Positions 63,441 through 64,000 of a stretch of DNA of 64,000 nt are shown here, in pieces. The stretch's first letter is position 1. Every line of letters starts with the position of its first letter. A program made the translations under genes and the position numbers. The stretch is from NCBI RefSeq assembly GCF_964355755.1, contig NC_092674.1, forward strand, positions 13,330,001-13,394,000, written 5' to 3'. Under the pieces are notes generated by a model, which saw only the letters and a list, made by a program, of their open reading frames with translations, ran no database searches and had not been told where the DNA came from. The stretch is from Antedon mediterranea (Eukaryota > Animalia > Echinodermata).

Positions 63441-63553
63441 TACGGCCATACTGCGTTGAAACACCGGTTCTCGTCAGATCACCGAAGTTGAGCAATATTG
63501 GGCTGGTTGCGTTCTGGATGGGATACCGTCTAGAAATCGCGGCGGGTGCTGTA
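63441..63553 (+). pseudogene. 5S rRNA-derived sequence (pseudogene or SINE3-type head)
   Basis: TACGGCCATAC..TGAAA..CCG.TCTCGTC.GATC.C.GAAG.T.AGCA...GGATGGG..ACCG...GGGTGCTGTA; many substitutions and no T-run terminator. Confidence 0.85.
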
Positions 63554-63564
63554 CAGTATATACT

Positions 63565-63697
63565 GGAGAGTGATGGTGTAATGGTAATATCGGACTAGCA
63601 TGTGATAGGCATGGGTTCGAGGTTATCTGTACCATACTAATTGCATCCTTAGGCAAGATGCTTTACTCTCATTGCCTCGCCCTTCGGATGGGATGAT
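63565..63697 (+). mobile_element. tRNA-derived SINE 5' portion directly after the 5S-like sequence
   Basis: A box TGGTGTAATGG, B box GGTTCGAG, core CCTTAGGCAAGATGCTTTAC..TTGCCTC..CTTCGGATGGGA. Confidence 0.7.
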
Positions 63698-63899
63698 ACT
63701 AATCATTAAGAAAAATTTTTTATTTCTTTAAAAAAAATTATGATTATTATTATTTGTAAAATGTCCATTTATGGAATAATGGTATGATACGATGATGATT
63801 AATTTTGAATACGCAGTGGTTGAACAAATAAGAGCTTTCATCTAATATTAATAAGTTACAAGATACATGATGTGCTTGAATTTTTATCAAAATATTTAG

Positions 63900-64000
63900 T
63901 TTTTCAGTTAAACCTCTCGGATTTGAAGAGAACCTAGAAGTTGTCATAATAACAAATTGTGAATGTGAATGTACCAAATCTGTGACACCAGACAGTGAGC
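63900..64000 (+). CDS. ITGB: Integrin beta exon (FSVKPLGFEENLEVVIITNCECECTKSVTPDSE), runs off the window
   Basis: KPLGF.E.LEV....CECEC motif; AG at 63898-63899 gives the required phase 2. Confidence 0.9.

Larger units (their letters stand above)
56183..64000 (+). pseudogene. ITGB: Integrin beta subunit, partial and frameshifted copy (betaI and hybrid domains)
   Basis: Eight phase-consistent GT-AG exons with integrin beta motifs; premature TAA at 61536-61538; PSI and DxSxS exons not found upstream; could instead be a null allele or a sequence error. Confidence 0.75.

Noticed and set aside
63441-63553. Functional 5S rRNA gene
   Set aside because: Degenerate internal control region, missing terminal bases, no oligo-T terminator, single intronic copy

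Overview
AT-rich metazoan genomic DNA with spliceosomal introns, not prokaryotic. The TE content suggests a marine invertebrate, possibly an echinoderm (inference only). Host genes: (i) a minus-strand ankyrin-repeat gene with at least four phase-compatible exons (34284-34355, 33882-33959, 31346-31444, 13677-13775); (ii) eight plus-strand exons of an integrin beta subunit (56183-64000) whose 5' exons I could not find and whose fifth visible exon is frameshifted by a canonical Tc1/mariner-type excision footprint (TACTGTA). The rest is a dense TE mosaic. It includes six large LINE copies (three with long uninterrupted ORF2), a decayed BEL/Pao gag, four copies of a non-autonomous Helitron family (one carrying a LINE), Helentron/DINE-like elements, MULE-, Academ-, Harbinger- and pogo-like elements, tRNA- and 5S-derived SINEs, and a Penelope relic with a decayed hammerhead. 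A ~6-8 kb duplication and a ~2.4 kb tandem triplication give filled/empty-site pairs that expose insertion signatures directly. The most unusual signal is pervasive TA-x-TA palindromic micro-insertions (TACTGTA, TACAGTA, TAGGCCTA, TACGTA), several confirmed against paralogous copies. I did not find a clearly novel multi-gene system. All calls were made by eye, so boundaries may be off by a few bases.
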